Source of the DNA: Monocercomonoides exilis PA203
Lineage: Eukaryota; Protista; Preaxostyla
Reading direction: 5' to 3'
Assembly: GCA_001643675.2 (NCBI GenBank)
Contig: LSRY02000021.1
Coordinates: 1,240,001-1,304,000 of the forward strand
DNA length: 64,000 nt
The position numbers were made by a program, and so were the translations under genes. The notes below the pieces were generated by a model that saw only the letters and a program-made list of their open reading frames with translations, did no database searches and was not told the DNA's origin. Within the stretch, counting starts at the first letter, position 1, and every line of letters starts with the position of its first letter. Of the stretch, positions 59,808 to 64,000 are shown piece by piece.

Positions 59808-61897
59808 TGAGTGAGAGAGAGAGAGAGAGAAGGTTGATTGGATGGTGGGAGTGAAATGATCGTTGTGAATGGTGTGAATGTTGTAGAAGAGACAAAGATT
59901 GAGAGAGGGGTTGGAGAATGGCAAAAGGGTGAATGAGATGGATAATAATGATATAATGTTGATAAATTTAATTAAAAAATAGAAAGAAGAAATAAGGCGT
60001 CATTGACATGAAGCAGCATTTACAAAGGAAATGTATATATTTTGATAAAAAGAAAAGAAAAGAAATTATTTTTTTTCAAACTGAACAAAAAAATCTTCCA
60101 AACCTAATTTATGTTGTGTCTCTATGAGGTCAAACAAATGCACTGAGCTCATGTGCTCAAGGCATTTGCTGGGTGTGTTAAAAGACTGAAGGTGTTAGAC
60201 ATACAAAAACATATGTAAATACAAAATGTATGTTTGTGAATAATTGTTGATAAATTTGGAGAAAGCATTGAAAAAGACAAAAATGATAAAAAGATGAATA
60301 TATTAAAATATGTAAAAATTGAAAGAATAAAAGTCTGCTTTCAAAAAGAAGAGCACTTTGAAAGTAATTTGAAAAGAAAAAGAAAAAGAAATGTTTATGT
60401 CATATTTCTTATGTTAATAATTACAATAGTAATAAAAATCTCTTTGAAACACCACACACATTCAAGCAGAACAAGCAATACGTAAGCTGTTCCTCGTATA
60501 TTCCCTCTCCGCCGTCAATATCCTCCCATTCTTCGTCGTTCTCCTCTTCCTTGTCCGCTTTTATTTCCTCTTCCACTCCAATCGCTTTGAAGCCCTGGAG
60601 CGCATCCTGATACGACTTGCCTTCAGCCATTCGCTCGGCTCTGTATTTTCTCTTCTGCGCCCTCAGAGCCATTTTCTTTTCCTTGGCCTCCACCTGCTGC
60701 TGCGCCCAGCTTCGAGAAAGATCCTGAAACACACCAGCGTTTGCATTAAGAGGAAATTTTAAAGTTTCGTTCAAAAAAATAAATAAATAAATAAATAAAA
60801 ATAAAACAAAAGAAAAGAAAAGAAAAAGTTAAAAAAGAAAGAAAGAAAATGAAAAAGAAAAAAAAGAAAAGAAAATGTTTTTTTTTTTCCAAATGCAATT
60901 TTTGAGTTTCTAAAGAGTTCAAACAGTAAAATTTGCAATAAAAAAACGATCCCAAAGATTATCGCGCGGATGAAGCCGTAAATGTCCCTTCTTTCGCATA
61001 TGCAAGTGAAGAACATCATAATTTGGATATTTATGTCCACAATAAACGCAAACACATCTTCGAAACAAAAAAATACAAAAAAATAAATAATTTATATGTT
61101 TACCAAATGAAGGCAAAATATGAAAAGATATTATCTGAAATAAAGTAGTGTTCAAAATAATTATTTAATACTTCAAAAAATGAAAGATATTTGAAAAGTA
61201 TTGAAAGCAAAGCATTATTTTTTCTGTATACCCATTTGCTTTTTCAAAAAGAATGGAAATAAATTCGGAAAATCCAACAACATCATCAACAGAGGCACCA
61301 TATCTTGCATGATGAATGTCTTTAATGTGCATAAAAAGTTCCGAGCGACACAATGGAAGACAATTACAATATGGGCATTGAAGAATAATTTCATGATCGT
61401 GAGTCCTTTCATATTCCAAAATGTGCAGCATATCCATCTTCATAATCATTATAAAATTTAACAATGAATTGAGAAGCAGCATATGAATTCTTATAATTTC
61501 TCAAACAATTGATTCTTCTTTGGCTTGCGAAAGTGCACGATCCGAAGGAATGCAAATGTCTAAAATATTTAATATTATCGCTTTTGAATTTCATTTTAAA
61601 TAAAACTCACCTGTTGACTGGGTTATCAGCTCATTTGGATTCTCTTTCAAAACTTTTAAAAGACTTTCTTATTTTTAAATTTTTAATTTTCACAGAAAAT
61701 AACATACCTAAAAATAACAATATTATTTGCAAAGGATTCAATTGACTTTGAGTGAATGGCTATGCAATGTGACTTTAGTTCATTCAAAGTTTCAGGGGCT
61801 TCGGAACAAAACTAAATGAAGTTTAAAAAAAAGCATAAAATGTATTTTAAAAATAATGCTCAAAATAAACTGGACAATAATATGCCAACTGTTCCAT
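57440..61897 (-). CDS. ZNF277: ZNF277-like C2H2 zinc-finger protein, multi-exon, with a large low-complexity insertion
   Basis: [41 protein letters not shown]; YCLFC; [14 protein letters not shown]...CPYC; terminal [17 protein letters not shown]. Confidence 0.88.
59670..59830. repeat. Intronic compound GAAA/GATA/GAGT/GAGAGT microsatellite
   Basis: Direct reading; lies within a ZNF277 intron. Confidence 0.93.
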
Positions 61898-61982
61898 TAT
61901 TTCGAATACAATAAAACAGAAAGAATAAAAAAAAAACTAAAGTTTTTTGAAAATAATTTTTAATGGGCATTTTTTTCGATTT

Positions 61983-62160
61983 GGGTCAGAATTCTTGCAT
62001 TTAAGAAAAAATCGATAATTTGTTCCATGCAATTTCTGCATCGAATACTTGCAATTCTAACATTCTCATGCAAAATAAAATATTTAAATATTAAAAAGTT
62101 GATGAAAATTTTTGAAAAGATTGTGTGGAACAAAATTCATAAAGCATATTATTTTGTCCC
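61983..62160 (+). mobile_element. 178-bp GGGAC-family MITE, copy 1 of a tandem pair
   Basis: ATTT-GGGTCAGAATTC...TTTTGTCCC-ATTT. Confidence 0.8.
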
Positions 62161-62164
62161 ATTT

Positions 62165-62342
62165 GTGACTGAATTCTTTAATTTATGAAAAATTCAATGA
62201 TTTGTTCCAAACTTTTTCTGCAATCGAATGATTATTATTCTAATGTTATCGTGCAATATTAATTATTAAAATATAAAAAATCGAAAAAAATCTTTGAAAG
62301 AACTGTGTGGAACAAAATTCATGAAACATAAAATTTTGTCCC
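62165..62342 (+). mobile_element. 178-bp GGGAC-family MITE, copy 2 of a tandem pair
   Basis: ATTT-GTGACTGAATTC...TTTTGTCCC-ATTT; shares TGTGTGGAACAAAATTCAT with copy 1. Confidence 0.85.
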
Positions 62343-62407
62343 ATTTCGAATGTTTATCCATCGTTTTTTGTATAGGCATTTTGCTGTCTGAATCTGAAAA
62401 ACTATAT

Positions 62408-62662
62408 GGGTCATTATTTTTGAAAACATATTTTTTTTCGGGGAATTGATTTATAAAAGATTGTTTGTCAATGGGAAGTGTTTTTGTATTCAGATGAATA
62501 TATAATCACAACTGTTTCAAAAATAAATGTTATTTTCGAATCAAAGATAAAAATGTCTTTAATAAACCTTTTCACTTTTCAATGTTCATTGGCTAATATT
62601 TAAAAGAAAATTTTGAACCGAAATTTTTGAAAGAAAAAATGTGCTTTCAAAAATAATCACCC
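62408..62662 (-). mobile_element. 255-bp GGGTGATT MITE, intact, ATAT TSD
   Basis: ATAT-GGGTCATTATTTTTGAAA...TTTCAAAAATAATCACCC-ATAT. Confidence 0.9.
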
Positions 62663-63223
62663 ATATGTAAAAAAAATTTTGTTTAGAATCACTTTTTAAA
62701 ACTTGCAGAAATACACCAAAAATAATTCAAAGTCGAAAAACTTTCAAGCAAAGTCGAAAGTTCGATTAACTTCAAATTTTCAAAAAGTGACAAAAATCAA
62801 TAATAGTCGAAAAAACATTGTTATTGTTGAAATACTAATGATATTTGTTATTTTCATGACTTTTCATCTTTTTTCCCAATATAATTTTTTTTTTATTTGT
62901 CCTATTACAAATTTAAAATTATGAGAGAAATTCTGACATATTTTTATCTCATTTCAATTGAAAGCACTCTTCTTCACAGAAATTTCATTATAGAAATTTT
63001 TTATTTTTTTTCCTGTTTTATGCAGAATGAAGAACACAGTTTGGGCTCTCTTATTTTTTGTTTTTTCATCACAAACAACTCATTTCTTATTGAAAGAAAC
63101 AAATGTTCTTAGTTATGTTAAGATTTTATTTTTGAGTTAATTTTGGTTCAAAATCTTCATATTTTGCAGAAATCAACGATACACACATTACTGATAATGT
63201 TCGCAAAAATAAAAGTACAATAT

Positions 63224-63723
63224 GGGTAATTCTTTTTGAAAAGTCGCAAATGTGTAATTTTCAAATAAATCAAAAATTTCATATTTTGCTCAAATTAATG
63301 TTTCCACTCACCAAACTTCACTTATATGGAATATATTTCTGGATAAAGCTATTTCATTCATTCTAAAGAAATTTCGTGAGTGGAAACATTAATTTGAGCA
63401 AAATATGGGTGATTATTTTTGAAAACATATTGTTTCATACAAAATTTTCAGTACTAAAATATTTCTTGAATATCAATAAACAAAAACTGAAAAGTGAAAA
63501 GGCTTATTGAATGCATTTTAATCTTTTATTCGGAAAAAGCATTTGTTTTAAATAACAATTGTCATGCTATTTCTCTTTTGAATTAGAATTTTCTTTCAAA
63601 AAACATACAATTTTTGAAAATAAACACCCCGAAAAAAGATATGATAAAAAAAATCATCACCCACATTCAAATTTTTATTAATTTGAAAATTAAACATTTG
63701 CGACTTTTCAAAAAGAATTACCC
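63224..63723. mobile_element. ~240-bp foldback MITE (~88-bp TIRs, ATAT TSD) interrupted in its right TIR by a 256-bp MITE
   Basis: GGGTAATTCTTTTTGAAAAGTCGCAAATGT / ACATTTGCGACTTTTCAAAAAGAATTACCC; inner arm parts 63281-63311 and 63376-63406. Confidence 0.88.
63407..63662 (+). mobile_element. 256-bp GGGTGATT MITE nested in the previous element
   Basis: ATAT-GGGTGATTATTTTTGAAA...AATCATCACCC-ACAT; internal TGAAAAGTGAAAAGG family motif. Confidence 0.85.
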
Positions 63724-64000
63724 ATATTTTTCTTCAATTGAATTCTCTTTATTTAAAGTTATTTTTTTTTTGTCAAATTTTCGATTTCGTTTGAAAGTTT
63801 TTCGACTTTGAATTATATTTAATGTATTAAATAGACCAAATGTTAAAAAATTGTTCATTTATTGATAAAAAATAAATATCTATTTAACAATTTAAGAAAT
63901 GTTTTCATATTATTTTAGAAACAGCGTTTTTTAATTTTTCAGTTTTTTCTTTTCTTTTCTTTTTTTTTTGTGATTCAATTTTTTTTAAGTTTTCATAATT

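Noticed and set aside
61745-61790. Hairpin ACTTTGAGTGAA...TTCATTCAAAGT as a possible ncRNA
   Set aside because: It lies in a ZNF277 coding exon (first C2H2 finger) and has no other support.

Overview
This is AT-rich, intron-containing eukaryotic DNA read with the standard genetic code: intact genes end in TAA, TAG or TGA, and introns are short GT-AG with frequent GTTTG donors. The gene content and style (a giant Cys/Gly-rich surface protein with a degenerate kinase tail, long Ser/Glu/Lys low-complexity insertions) suggest an oxymonad such as Monocercomonoides, which is an inference. About 12 protein-coding genes can be supported: ER Hsp90 (GRP94), a multi-exon coiled-coil protein, a TMX3-like membrane thioredoxin, a receptor-pseudokinase surface protein, a short TFIIIC B-block-binding subunit, an F-box-like/RCC1-like protein, an ER FKBP, TMEM222, an M6PR/ATG27-like receptor, ZNF277 and several unknown proteins. 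The most striking unannotated structure is a set of related non-autonomous DNA transposons with GGG...CCC termini and 4-bp AWWT target duplications that insert into one another. One 255-bp MITE is cleanly split by a 6.8-kb element (1992-8766) carrying decayed coding cargo and a near-perfect 1-kb foldback. A tandem MITE dimer and a MITE-in-MITE nest lie at 62-64 kb. All coordinates and alignments were read by eye.
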